In this document: one piece after another, positions 25,229-37,900 of the stretch | Layout: each line of letters begins with the position of its first letter | Numbering within the stretch: the first letter of the stretch is position 1 | NCBI GenBank assembly: GCA_040954595.2 | Contig: CM082591.2 | Span: forward strand, 6,640,695 to 6,704,694 | Origin: Balanoglossus misakiensis | Lineage: Eukaryota > Animalia > Hemichordata | Direction: 5' to 3' | Length of the DNA stretch: 64,000 nucleotides | Position numbers and translations under genes: made by a program | The notes under the pieces: generated by a model | Told to the model about the DNA's origin: nothing | Databases searched by the model: none | The model's input: only the letters and a program-made list of their open reading frames with translations

Positions 25229-27617
25229 CTGGATATAATCAAACAAGAACCCGTTGTACCTTATCCACGCCACCTATATACTATTACCATGGTTACGTAA
25301 TCGCCCAGATAAACCACTTCTAGACGTCCTAATTAAAGACAGGAGTAGGATAAACAGACAACGTGGCGATTGGTAAAAGCTCTTCATCGAAAGAAAATTG
25401 TAAAAATAATTAAATCGTCAACGAAGAAAGAGCGACCGGATCACGTCAAACATTTCTGTCTCCATAATAATTAATTGATAAATTGTGTTTAATTGCGACA
25501 CGGATATGCATAATCTAATTGACACAAGAAAATTTGTTCTCTATTTCGCATATCTCTGAGTTGTTTTCGCATTAAACCCAGGCTCCCGACTTCCCCGTTG
25601 AAGAACGAATCTGTCACACGGATCGTAGCATGCACGCATATCCCAATTGTATGAAAAGAACATTTATTTCGATTTTTAAGTTTTGCCCTGCGCTTCCAAT
25701 GCGCAATTATGACGTCATCACAATTATATTCCTTCAAGTTGTCTCTCATCACATGTTACGAAATTCCCAGACTATTTCAAGCGCTGGTGGTTGTGTGCTG
25801 TTGTCTTAAAACAAGCAATTTCATGCTTATTATACATTGCCCCCAAGCTCTCGTTCGGTCTTTTCCCTGGTTGTACTCATGTAGTTTTATTTGTTAAGAC
25901 CATTAATTTTCCCCATAATTGTAACACGGAAATTTGGTTTTCCTTCACGTAAAATTCTCCGTGGCATGTATATGATTTTAGCCCTCACATAAACTTCTCG
26001 CATGGTGTAAAGATTCTAAACTAAACGATTCCGCGATTATAGCAAATATATTTCGACTAAACGCTAGTCTAGAATATTGAGTTCGAACGCACTGAGAAGA
26101 AACTTGAAGACGGCCACGCCGTGCAATGTAAGAAACACAACCAATATCCCAGCGAGAAAACAAACGCGCCGCTGTGACAGGACACCGCCTGTTCAGTCAA
26201 CTCGCGACTCCTGTCAAAGCCAGGGTGAAGTCTGGGGGTGGTTGTTCACATGTCACCAGAGAAAAGTTCCCATCGCCATGTATTCTCTCTCTCCCTACAC
26301 TATACAGTGACTGTGTACCCACATCTGGTGCGCGGACCATGTAGTGGCGTTTCCATGCCAATATGCGCAGAAAAAAAACACGCAGAATGCAGAGAATGTC
26401 CTCTGCTTATATCATTTCCGCACCCGACATACTTGCAACTCCCCGGGGACAAGTCACTTTGCTCAGCCTATTTCCAACATCCCATCCCGTTTCCTTTAGA
26501 AAATAAAACGCGAAATTGTTCATTACCAACGCAACCCCAGTAAAAATAAAACTCTGTCATGTTTTTCATGCACGGCATTTTGTGACCACGGTTGTTGCGG
26601 TTTATAGTATTCCATTAATTTAATAGCCGATCGTTGCCATTATAGTTGTTACTTATGCGATATTGTTAATCGAAGCTCGACTTGTACGACAAGCGTGGAT
26701 GAGCGCTCGCGGGGAAACCACTGCGATTATACCGTCCGAAGATGTTTAAAATCGCTGGTTCCAGCGATGGGTTTCCGCTAGAGCCCTTACAAACTAATCA
26801 AATTAATTATGTTCATATACTTTGTTCTCATCTGAGACGGCCGCGTAACGATAGCAACGAGGAGGCATGCGCGCCCGAGCAGTTAGGTAAACTTCGTAAG
26901 AGTTGACAGTTTGAACAAAGTGGCTACTTAATGTCAAAATGCAAAATATCTTCAACGATTTGCCTCTGAGCTCTTTCGCAGATGTCTTCGAGAGTAACAA
27001 TTGCTCCCTCATAGATCGGATGACAGAAAGCCATTCGCTAAAACCGTGGCCCATCACATAACAACTCACTCACAGCCCGCTTGTAAAACGCTGGTTACTG
27101 TAAACAAATTAATAATTAACTCGTGCGGTGAATCTGATTTGATTTGATACGATTTGATACGCCGGCTAGGAGTCGTTGACAATTACTCTCAACTTCGCGC
27201 TACTTCCAGACCCCACTTAAAACACATTTCCGTTTATTTTCTCGTTAAACCGCTGGGTTAGTGCGGAATAAAAGGGCGGGAAAGTGCGCGTTGGAGAAGC
27301 GCGCATAAATCATGTCGTCTAGAGTGTGTATAAGATACCGTGGGAGAAAATTGGCTTGCACCTGTCCGCTCATGCTCTGAGATTAATTCTCCATCTTGGC
27401 TGTCGTTAAACGTGAGCACGCCATCCAACATATGGAACCGTCAAATTCCAACGCACGGTGGTTTTGAAACTTGTGATTTAGTCACATCGGGGAAACTTTT
27501 CGAGATTAGCGGTGTGTTTACAGAAAATGCAATGTTTGAATAAATAATTAACTTTAGCTTTCAGCGAGTCCAGAAAAAAACACTTTAATATGTTTATTTG
27601 GTTGTTTGGCTGTTTTG

Positions 27618-27619
<2 letters not shown>

Positions 27620-27678
<59 letters not shown>

Positions 27679-27701
27679 CTCTCTCGCTCTCTCTCTCTCT
27701 C
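27620..27701. repeat. (CT)n microsatellite
   Basis: Directly visible. Confidence 0.95.
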
Positions 27702-28584
27702 GTTTACTTCTGAGCACAATACACACACTTCAACATCATTTGGCGTTGACTTTCAAACACACGATAATGAGGTACGCTAACTGTCTATAATTTGTGTACC
27801 TATCATAGCGGGCGGTAATCCCACTGTTTAACACTTTTCAAAGCAAAAAAACAACAACACATAAATTAATAAACGTCAATCAATGACACGATAAGTATTA
27901 AGAGAACGGAAAGTTCATCATTGTGGCGACCACAACGCTACTTTCGAGGTACTATTATATACTCGTTTTGTTTTTTCCCCGCACCGTTCGCTGGAATTTC
28001 CCCCACCCCAATTCCGCAGCCAGCATCGGAAATTATTACGAGGCACGCGGGAGCGTTAATGGTGCACGGCGCGACTTCCGCGTTCGGGGGAAATGCGCAG
28101 TTATCGGGGTTATTAGGCGGTGAAGGTTGATACGCCGAGTGTTTTCAACCTGTTGCTGGGGAATATCGCAAATAATGTGACGTTTAACGGGATTTGCTGG
28201 ACTCACCTGGGCTTGTACTACCACTGCTTGAGAGCGATGATGATTTGGGTTTAGTATTGCCCAGGATATCATCAATTGTGTGAGTGACGGTACCAGTACT
28301 GCCAGCCAAAGTCGCTCGCTGCATCTCTTCCTAGTTGACGTATAAGCACCCTTACACTTGCTAATTAACGCATTCAGATTACCACCATTAAGACAGCTCC
28401 GGCAAGCTGTTGTTAATTTTCACACAACTCGATTTGTCAACTCGGGGGGAACTTCTCAAGCTTAATAGTGAATGAACGGCCTGAGACCTCTTCCCAGCGA
28501 ACTGCAACATTGTCTTAACACATGATCATTTGCATATATGCTAATTTCGCCCAATCACTGAATCTGGTTCAAATCAAGCCAGGC

Positions 28585-28595
28585 TAATAAAATTA
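28585..28595. promoter_or_regulatory. Palindromic P3 paired-class homeodomain site TAATAAAATTA upstream of alx
   Basis: Matches TAATnnnATTA, the dimeric site of Q50 paired-class proteins; could be chance in AT-rich DNA. Confidence 0.25.
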
Positions 28596-29205
28596 GTTTT
28601 CTTTCATGTGTGCCGCGTTGCTTGTCTATGGCATGACCACTGTGCGATGCGCCGCTGTGAGTTGTATGAACTTTAAATTGGATACGGTGTATTTTTAGTT
28701 AGCTCGGTACATGTGATACACTGCGCTGCATCAGCAAGTGTTTCAGAAATTTTACAATCGACATACCGCGCGGTATGGTCTTCTCCACTCGATTTATTTC
28801 CTCACCGAAAGGGGTACCAGTGGCTTTCAATCTGCGAGACGTGATAGTTGTTTTGCAACCAACCGACTCAAAAAAATTGGACAGGGTGGACGTCGACGCG
28901 TACTACGCCGTATCACCATAACATGTCATAATTGGTCTTGCTTCCCACAATATCGTGCATGTCAGTATGATGCTGTGTTCAATTCAGCGACTCGCCGGTC
29001 TGCAGCTGGCTACATCTCGTTAACCCCAACTGTGAGGGGAAGTCTATCACCAACCTTCCATTCTCTCAACTTTCGCCGTCTTAGTCAAAGCCGTTGTTTT
29101 CATAACGTGTTTCCCCAAGATCATCCAGGCGACCCAATTAATTAAACATAACACGCCGGGCGCAGGCTTACCAAGGAGTCCATATGAAGGACGCGTCCTA
29201 TACCT

Positions 29206-29368
29206 GACTCGGCCGGGCGGGAAAAATGTGTCAAAAATCAACGACTCGGCGGGAAAAATGTGTCAAAAGTCAACGACTCGGCCGGGCGGGAAAAATGTGT
29301 CAAAAATCAACGCATTTTGTGCGGCCGGGCGGGCGGGAAAAAATGTGTCAAAAAGCAACGCATTTTGT
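29206..29368. repeat. Four tandem copies of GGCGGGAAAAATGTGTCAAAAATCAACG
   Basis: Directly visible short tandem repeat. Confidence 0.85.
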
Positions 29369-29597
29369 ATTTTTGTTCTGGGTAATTGAATTTATTAAGT
29401 AGTTAAGCTGGCCGGCCGCTATTCTTTAATGTGTTCAATGTTAGAGTTTGTCGAATCCCACTGGGTTATCTTCTACCCCATACAAACAAAAACTAATCAT
29501 ATGTCTCCCTGGGATGCCGCTAACCCGGCAACATATGTGCGCGCACATTCTCTGGCAGAAAATACCCTGATCTCCTGTGTCTTCAGTGTCAGAAGCG

Positions 29598-30053
29598 TTA
29601 AAGCCTCATGATTTTATTTTCCAACTTAAAGTGGTCCATCTAAATAAGCTTACATTTACTTTGTATGGGGTACATGAACACATTATCGATGCCCGATTGT
29701 GACTGCATGTTGCAATTTGAACATGCTCTAGAGCTGCCAAATTTCACATATTTTTTCCACAATAAAATACTTCAAATCTTCTCCTTTAGAATCTTGACCA
29801 TTAAGCCGTATTGCTTGTATTGGCATCAGTTTGTCATCTCTTGGCGACACATTCCACGATAGCTGCGTACTGTTTGTATGGAGGCAGATTAAATCGGTAC
29901 GGCACCGTTTTAATACATAGCATTTTCAAATCGCTACATACAACCACATCGGGCGTCGTTCATGTACACCTCTCAGTAAGCGTATTTCGATGTACCAATC
30001 TAAGTTGGAAAATACAATCATAACGCAAAAAATGGCAGCTCTAGAGGCTTTAA
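29598..30053. mobile_element. Family C composite: inverted partial copy joined to a near-full copy
   Basis: 29598-29725 is the reverse complement of the family C 3' part; ~29727-30053 aligns with 3110-3458. Confidence 0.72.
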
Positions 30054-30448
30054 GCAGAAAAAAACACGGGATCTGGGCGAACGAATACCGAAGGGCGACA
30101 GGCTTGCTCTGTGAATCGGCCTGTGAAGCTATTTATTGAAACCAATTTGCAGAGCGCCCAAGCCAACATTCTCAAAATAACGCCAATAAATTGCATTAGT
30201 GGGATATATGATATTTGTCTGCAATAATAACACACTGATAGACCCGAACCTTGACATATGCATATTTGTCTAGATTAGTTATACACACTACAATAACTCT
30301 CCGCCGGGCATAACGACACTGGCTCACTAACTAAGTGTCACCACTGTGTGTCACTCACAACATATTACAGATTGTCAATTGCCTTGATCTTCACACATAC
30401 GCGCACGCACGCTCGCAGGCGCGCAAACAAATACAATACACATGGACA

Positions 30449-30449
30449 T

Positions 30450-30528
<79 letters not shown>

Positions 30529-30584
30529 CTTAGATAGATGGATGGATGGATGGATGGATGGATGGACGGACGGACGGACGGACG

Positions 30585-30630
<46 letters not shown>

Positions 30631-30641
30631 TAGATAGATAG
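30449..30641. repeat. Compound (GATA/GATG/GACG/GACA)n microsatellite
   Basis: Directly visible. Confidence 0.95.
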
Positions 30642-31068
30642 TTGGATGTTATATACACAATAGATGCTGAAGATGAAATTATTTCTTTTCTATCATTTTT
30701 TTAATTCTGACAAACTCTCATCATGTTCAATGATATATCATGCCAGGTGTTTTTCATTGGAATCGTCTTTCATTTCATCTCTCCTGTAGAGTCGATTTGC
30801 TTTGATCGGAGCAAAATAAAGACGGCGACGAAATTAATTGATGTTGACAAGTTAATAACTGCGCGGTGTTTCATAAATTTGATCCTCGCTGCCGTCACGG
30901 TAAAATGTGACTATGCGTAGATGCGTGAATGCCGTTTTCCATGGTGAAATGTATAGGAAGGGGAAGAGAATAGGATTTGGAATACGAAATGAATCTCAAA
31001 TAATTTTCGGTCGTATACGCCGGGTTGATTGATATCACGGTCACTCCACAGTGACGTGCTGATATCAA

Positions 31069-31424
31069 TTAAAGGTCCACAAGCTGTGTATTTTCCCTAC
31101 AATTTCAGTATGTGTGTTTTGTGTTGCTACTGCAGTTTCTTGTCCAAATTCATGAAACGTGATTACATGCCTAGCATTTAGCTTATCAATGCAACAGGTA
31201 TGTGTATAGTAAGCATTGTTATTGTGCAAAATTTGAATTCAGGTCCGCACTAGAATTCATTTGACAACAATAACATTGGCCATTATTACACACATACGGG
31301 TTATGATGATAAGTGGAGTACTGGGTATCGGAATGCTGTATGGAGTAGAACAAGAAATCACATTTAGTACACACAACAAAAATACTGAAAATTTAGCCAA
31401 AAGTTACATCTAATGTCCCTTTAA
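31069..31424. mobile_element. TTAA-flanked MITE family B copy
   Basis: ttaa|aggtccacaagctg ... gttacatctaatgtccct|ttaa; interior aligns with 12729-13086. Confidence 0.78.
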
Positions 31425-32470
31425 GCATCAATGCATGTCTAAACAGTGGCATTTACACAGGGAAAGCCACCTACGTAAATCCCTGGGAAGTGAATGCATT
31501 GTTTTGAGTACACAGAATAATGCAATCTTCGCCTGCTGTCAACGAGTTCTCACTGACAGCACATCATTCACCGGGTTTGAGACACCGATACTGGCGCACG
31601 TAAAATGGATGGTCGTTCTGTCAAAGTTCTGACACCCACCGCTGTTCCACGACAGACTCGTCTTACTTACGAAAATTTCCAGCATTTTGCCAAGATATCT
31701 AAAAGCCATTCTCCCTTCTTTAGTTTTTATGAGAGGGGGCACATGTTTTGCGATCGGCCGTTGGCCAGAGAGATCTTACTTTTATTCCGGGTAAATTAAA
31801 TTACCATCGGGTCGACATTTATGACATTTGATATTAAGATATGTCGCTATTAGAAAACTATTTACCAAACTTCTCTCTCTCTCTTTTCAATTTGTACACA
31901 GTTTCAGCAGGTCCAGCACTTTTCAGCATTTTTTTTTTATGTTTGAGGCTGCAACCATCATGCATCGCTTTCTGCCTCAAATCGGCCATCTTTCCCCGGA
32001 GATTTTTCTATAGTATTTCCCCCGGACCCTCCTTCTGGAGTGGCCAGCGGAAGAAGCAGAGGGGTCTGGGTAACCGATGCTATCAACTTGACAGGTCAGG
32101 TTGGAATAGAGAATACTGATAACAGGTCATCAAGAATCAGATAGTCTGCCGCCAATTTAATATCGGCGGCGAGCTGCGTGCTTACGTAGTCACTTTGGAA
32201 TGTTCTCTCCTGTCGTGACGTGTACATTGACTGTAGAGGGCGCAATCATCTTACTGATAGTGTCATACTTAGAACAACGTTTACAGGGGGTGCTATTTCA
32301 GTCACCCAATTAACAAAATATTCGTCACGAGACTGACAGACAAAGGACTTCTCACTCTCTCTATATATATATGTACGAACACCAATCAACGGAATTCACT
32401 TACGTAACGAATAGATAGCAATTATATGCTAATCTTCGAAACGCATATACCACAGGGAATTGAGTAATCT

Positions 32471-32515
32471 TGATGTTGTTGTTGCTGTTATTGTTGTTGT
32501 TGTTGTTGTTGATGT

Positions 32516-32568
<53 letters not shown>
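32471..32568. repeat. (GTT)n(GAT)n microsatellite
   Basis: Directly visible. Confidence 0.93.
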
Positions 32569-32570
<2 letters not shown>

Positions 32571-32824
32571 ATTTTAAAAAGAAATATATGTGTCATTTCT
32601 TGCTATTGTTTGTCGATGTTGTAGATAACTGTAAAAGAACACCATAATCGTGGAAAACACAACCTAGGTCTTATACGGGAGTGACGTTGGCGGAACTTTT
32701 TTTATAATTAATCGAACTACGAAATACAGGTGGCCTCCATGAACAAAAATCAGTTTTCTGGTGTTGGCCATGATAATGGCCACATCTTTCTAACCTTCTC
32801 GAACCCTCGTGTATCCATCCACTT

Positions 32825-33244
32825 TTTTTTTTTTTTTTTTTTTTTTATTTATTGCAGAGAAAAAAAGGGAATACAAAGCAAGGGAAGTCAAAAACACAAA
32901 AACAAAAGGAAAGTGAGGGCAAAGAGCAAAAACAAATAAAAAACAAGAACAACTATTGTCATAATCGAGAATCTGAAGACATCACAGTGGCAGGATTACT
33001 TTCAATTTATCGTGAAAAAGATTGATTTTTCCATTTTTCTTTGCAATATTTTTGTCTGAGATTACAATACTTTTAACTTTTTCAATGAAAACAGCAAGAG
33101 ACGGTTTCTCATTTAAAAAACGAATTGCATATAAATGGTACTTGGCTACAATTAATAAATGGTTTAATAGTGAGTTTCTGTTTTGAGGAAGGACACCAAA
33201 AAGGACATCTCGACAAGAAAGTTTTGTTTTAGACTGGTAGAATT
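32825..33244 (-). mobile_element. 5'-truncated L1/Tx1-clade LINE (ORF2 C-terminus, 3' UTR, poly(A))
   Basis: Peptide DVLFG..LLNHLLIVAKYHLY..EKVKSI..KNIAKKNGKINLFHDK is typical of the Tx1/L1 ORF2 end; T-run at ~32823-32846 preceded by AATAAA on the minus strand; 15-bp TSD TGTATCCATCCACTT at 32810-32824 and 33245-33259. Confidence 0.85.
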
Positions 33245-33269
33245 TGTATCCATCCACTTACACAGTCAC

Positions 33270-33540
33270 CTAAGGCCAAAAAATACAAAAATACTACATA
33301 GGTAGGTAGGGATTTTTTTTTTTATTTTGCAATTTTTATATATCTTTGGCCGCCGTAGTGTAGAAGAATGATGACGTCATAGTTCTTGCGTGATTCTCGC
33401 AATTTTTATGAATTTTGTATATTTGACATCGTTATTTTACTTCCGGTTTACGAAGCTCTAAAAAGTTTAGGGTCGGCGGGTTTAAATTAGATTAGGTCAG
33501 GTATTTGGAACAGCACATATTTTTTTCCTATTTGGCCTAA
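33270..33540. mobile_element. GGCCAAA-terminal MITE family F (second copy ~34485-34735)
   Basis: ctaa|ggccaaaaaa ... tttggcc|taa; interior (ggccgccgtag..gatgacgtca..aagctctaaaaagtttagggtcg) is repeated at 34530-34730. Confidence 0.7.
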
Positions 33541-34917
33541 CCATGTACCCGCCATCCACCCATCATGCCGATCTGTCTCTCTCTATATATATGTCAGTGT
33601 CATACACTCTACCTTTCATGAATAAAACTTTAGACCAATGATATGCTTACATAGATAGTTTATTTGTTTAACAGTTCCAGATAACATGCAATCCACTATC
33701 ATCAAAGAAAACCGCAACCAAAAAATGTTCACAACAGTGAAGAAGTTATAATCTTCTCACGTTTCTCTGGGATAAGGTGGTTCCTAGTTCAGTTTTGCTG
33801 GATATAACACGAAAAAAAAGAAGTATTAGGAATATTTAGAAGAAATTAATGTAGACAATACTAATTTAATTCACAAAACAACCTGCTTGAGTAGACGGAT
33901 GGGCAAAATATTTCCTACATGACTACAAACAATAGTAATAATGACAAAATTCGTAAAACTAAATTCAAGAATTCACATACAATTTCTAAAGTCGACCAAA
34001 AAATCAGAAAAATGGCCGAATACAGCTAGAGAACATGCTTTATTATAGTGTTGAGCGATCATCCTTGTGAAATGGAGGCGTTCCTCAAACATTATCAAAA
34101 TACATTTAGACAACAATAATCTATTCTCACAACAACCTGCCTTATTAGACAAAAGAGTCAAATATTACCTCGATGACTACATACGACGGTATTTACACAT
34201 ATAAACACAATTCAAGAATTCGCTAGTCTATTTTTCTTTGGCTATGTCTACACGGCATACGGTATTCATATTAAACCTCGCTATTTTTGAAAAACAATTA
34301 AAATTACAACATGACAAATAGGAGTTTTAGCATCGAAATTTGTGGTATTTTCAATTAACATATATAAACCCGCATTTTCGTTTACCATCTATGTGTCCGT
34401 CTTTTTTTATCACGTGTTACCCATTAATCAAGATATATTTGGCTTGCAATTGTGTTGATAAGGCAAAAAAATAATATGTACTGTTAGGTAGGGAAAGTTT
34501 TTTATTTTGCGATTTTTTTTAATTTCCCTGGCCGCCGTAGTTTAGAAGAGTGACGTCAGAGTTCTTGCATGATGCGCGCGATTTCGTCAGAGTTATCACG
34601 TGATCAAATATTGTATATTTGACATCGTTATTTGTACTTCCGGGTTTACAAAGCTCTAAAAAGTTTAGGGTCGACGGGTAACAATTAGGGTTAGTCGGGT
34701 AATCGGAACAGCGCATATTTTTTTATTTTGACCAAAATAAAACTGGTGATATTTCACTTTAAACGTCGTGAGTTCTTTGCGCTGATATCTGGAAAAGTTT
34801 TTATGAACATTGGTCTTGAATGTAAATAAATATAACCCGTAACATAATAAGCTGGTAGGCCCTAAAGTTCTGAAGGTCCACATAAAATAAAATTTATATT
34901 TAAAAAAGAAAGCAATC

Positions 34918-37900
34918 TTAAAGCAATGGTCGGCTGCCACAGTCGTCGCAGTCAGTTGCATAACCACATACACGGGTCAGCGAACCAGGGCCACCATCGT
35001 CACATTCGCCATCTCCATGGTAAAGGCATGAATTCTGGCACCAACCTATATAAAAGAGGGATACACATTGCTAGTAAGTAAAACTTACTACCACATATCG
35101 GTAATATATGGGCAGTACACTAGGAAATCGGATAGATATTTCAGTATCATTTAAGCAGATTTTACTGGTGTTATCCTTGTTATTTGATGACTTGACCAAT
35201 ACTGAATATACAGACGGCACTTTTGACCTCGGTTTGCTAATTCTAAAATTGTCTGAGAAGAATGTGTAGAACGGATTATCAAAAGAATTTTTTTAAATAT
35301 AAAAAAATTGAAATAAAAAATAAGCATTTTTTCATACGCAATTAATCTCACCATGAAAACATGCGTTCATGTGGATGTGTAAGTACTTGTAAAATTCTCG
35401 TTGCCTGTGTCGACACGGGGGGGGGGGGGTATCATTATTGACAGTGATTAAAGGGACAAAGTCTCTCTCTCGCTGCCCCGTTTTCCATTAATTATGTTTG
35501 ATACAAGACACTGTTTATGTTAATGTACATGTGGATATATAGTGAATCAATGATCAACCACACAAAACTTCTATCCCACTTGTATGATATGAGAGTAAAA
35601 ACTCGCCCAAAATGAATAAATGGTAAAGAACGATTATTCATTCTGGCGAGTTTTTTCACTCTCCTGTCTATAAGGGGGATGGAAGTTGTGTGTGGTTGAA
35701 CGTTCATTTACTATATATCCACATGTAGAATAACAAACGGTGTCTTGTATCAAATATAATTAATGGAAAAAAGGGCAACGAGAGAGAGACTTTGTCCCTT
35801 TAACAAAGGCTAGTGCATACTGAGACTGAGCAAATACAAAAAAAATCAAGGAGAACCAGCATGGTACTTGTAGTTACCTAATGTGTGTATCAACAAGTGG
35901 GCAATAAAATAATAATACATATTCGACATTACCTGGCTGACATATGAATGGTCGCAGTGCACTACATGGAATATCGTCCCAGTTGTGTCCCCTTGACGCC
36001 CTGTGCACAAAGAATACAAATCAATATTTAAAGGAGAAATTCTTACCAGCCTAAAATCACATTGCACTGGTTCTTACTTGAGTCGTCCTCACTTCTGAGG
36101 CAAAATTTTGACGTACAATGCATGCGTTTCTGAAAATGGCGCATAACAAATAGCCTAGCAGGGCTGCAGGGCAAAATGAACAAACCCCTGTGCGGCCATC
36201 TTGGCCACTGCATGCTGGGAAAAATACCCTGATGATGACGAAAAAGTTTCGGGGTATCGTGCTGTGCTAGGGGTCCCATAACTAGGCGGCCATAGGTATG
36301 GTCCCAGCTGAGAATAAAGACTACACTTAAACCACGTGAGTTGGAATTTCCATGATATTATGTTTGGGAAATAGAGACGCACAGGATATGCTGTGTAGGG
36401 CTTTGAACCAGGCTTTGGGGGGAAATTCTGAATGGCGGAATGCGCCAGCAGGTTGTGGTGAAGATCACAATAGAAGATATAAATTATATGTGTAACTTTT
36501 ATATCACACATGTATCTTTGTTTCAACGAATGAATTTAAGTTAAGCAGCAGACCTCTTAAGAAAACAAAACAAAACTATCAAATGGATGTCAAATATCAT
36601 ACTTTTTAACATGGTGTCAGCTACAACACGATGTCATAATCCCCACTCACATCAACTGATAATCGCATAAACGCCTCAGAGTAGATATTTTTAACCATAT
36701 ATGGATTCTTTCATTTACTCACCACATTTGTAGACAGGGACCAAAGCCATCGGGTTCTCCACACTGCCAGGGTTGGTAACTACCCAACGGCATGCCTTCC
36801 GTTGTCATCCAAGCACCGTTGGAGTCTTGCTGACCGTTTAACCAGATGTCTGTATTGCCAAAGTTGTTCATCCGGAGATGTGCTATTATTGACGCGTGCT
36901 TTTCCTTACTTGTATCTTTCACAAGAGTCATACCACTGGCCTCACATGTTGACCGGGCATCGTAGAAGTTTTTCGAGCCCTTGAATAACTTCATAGCGTA
37001 ACCTTTAAATATAAATTATATCTATATTGAAAACATCCATCCATCCATCCAACCATGCATGCATACATACATACATACACGCATACACGCATACACGCAT
37101 ACATGCATACATACATACATACATACATACATACATACATACATACATACATACATACATACATACATGCATACATGCATACATACACGCATACACGCAT
37201 ACACGCATACATGCATACATACATACATACATACATACATACATACATACATACATACATACATACATACATACATACATACATACATACATACATACAT
37301 ACATACATACATACATACATACCTACATACCTACATACATACATACATACATGCATGCATACATGCATACATGCATACATTCATACATACATACATACAT
37401 ACATACATACATACATACATACATACATACATACATACATACATACATACATACATACATACATACAGCTGTCAACCACCTTAAAAAGTTACTACGGCCC
37501 ACACGTCATACGTCACAACATGGCTACTGCCATGATCCCAGGGCGCACGGTTCAAATTTGAAATCGTTTTTCTCGGCGTATTTTCGCAAATCATACTGTT
37601 TTATAGGTAGGCATGTATGATAAAGGGGTTATTACACGACTTTTGGTCGATAACGCGACGCATTCTCGTGATGTCCGTATTTTGACACGTTGCGAAGCGC
37701 AACTCGTCAAAATACGGGCATCACTCGAATACGACGCGTTATCGACCAAAATTCGTGTGATAACCCCTAAGTATCCATGAAAATATCGGCTGATATGTGT
37801 TTATGCATATGTCAGATCATTGAAATCCCTTCTCTACTTACGCTGACAGGAATCAAACTGTACACAGGCAGGACCAACGTGGTTGTTTGGAGTGTGCCAG

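Noticed and set aside
24731-25323. Overlapping ORFs in other frames and on the plus strand around the homeobox exon
   Set aside because: Shadow frames of the GC-rich alx exon.
25800-26290. Candidate alx first coding exons (MSTTREK..., MREVY..., MAMGTF...)
   Set aside because: Donor phases do not match the phase-1 acceptor at 25228 or the frames stop early; left unresolved.
36155-36526. 123-aa minus-strand ORF inside the C-type lectin intron
   Set aside because: The lectin domain is complete when 36723 splices to 36000; this ORF has no recognisable motif or compatible splice phase.
36991-37620. Long HTYI / MYVC repeat ORFs (up to 197 aa)
   Set aside because: Artefacts of the (CATA)n microsatellite in a lectin-gene intron.
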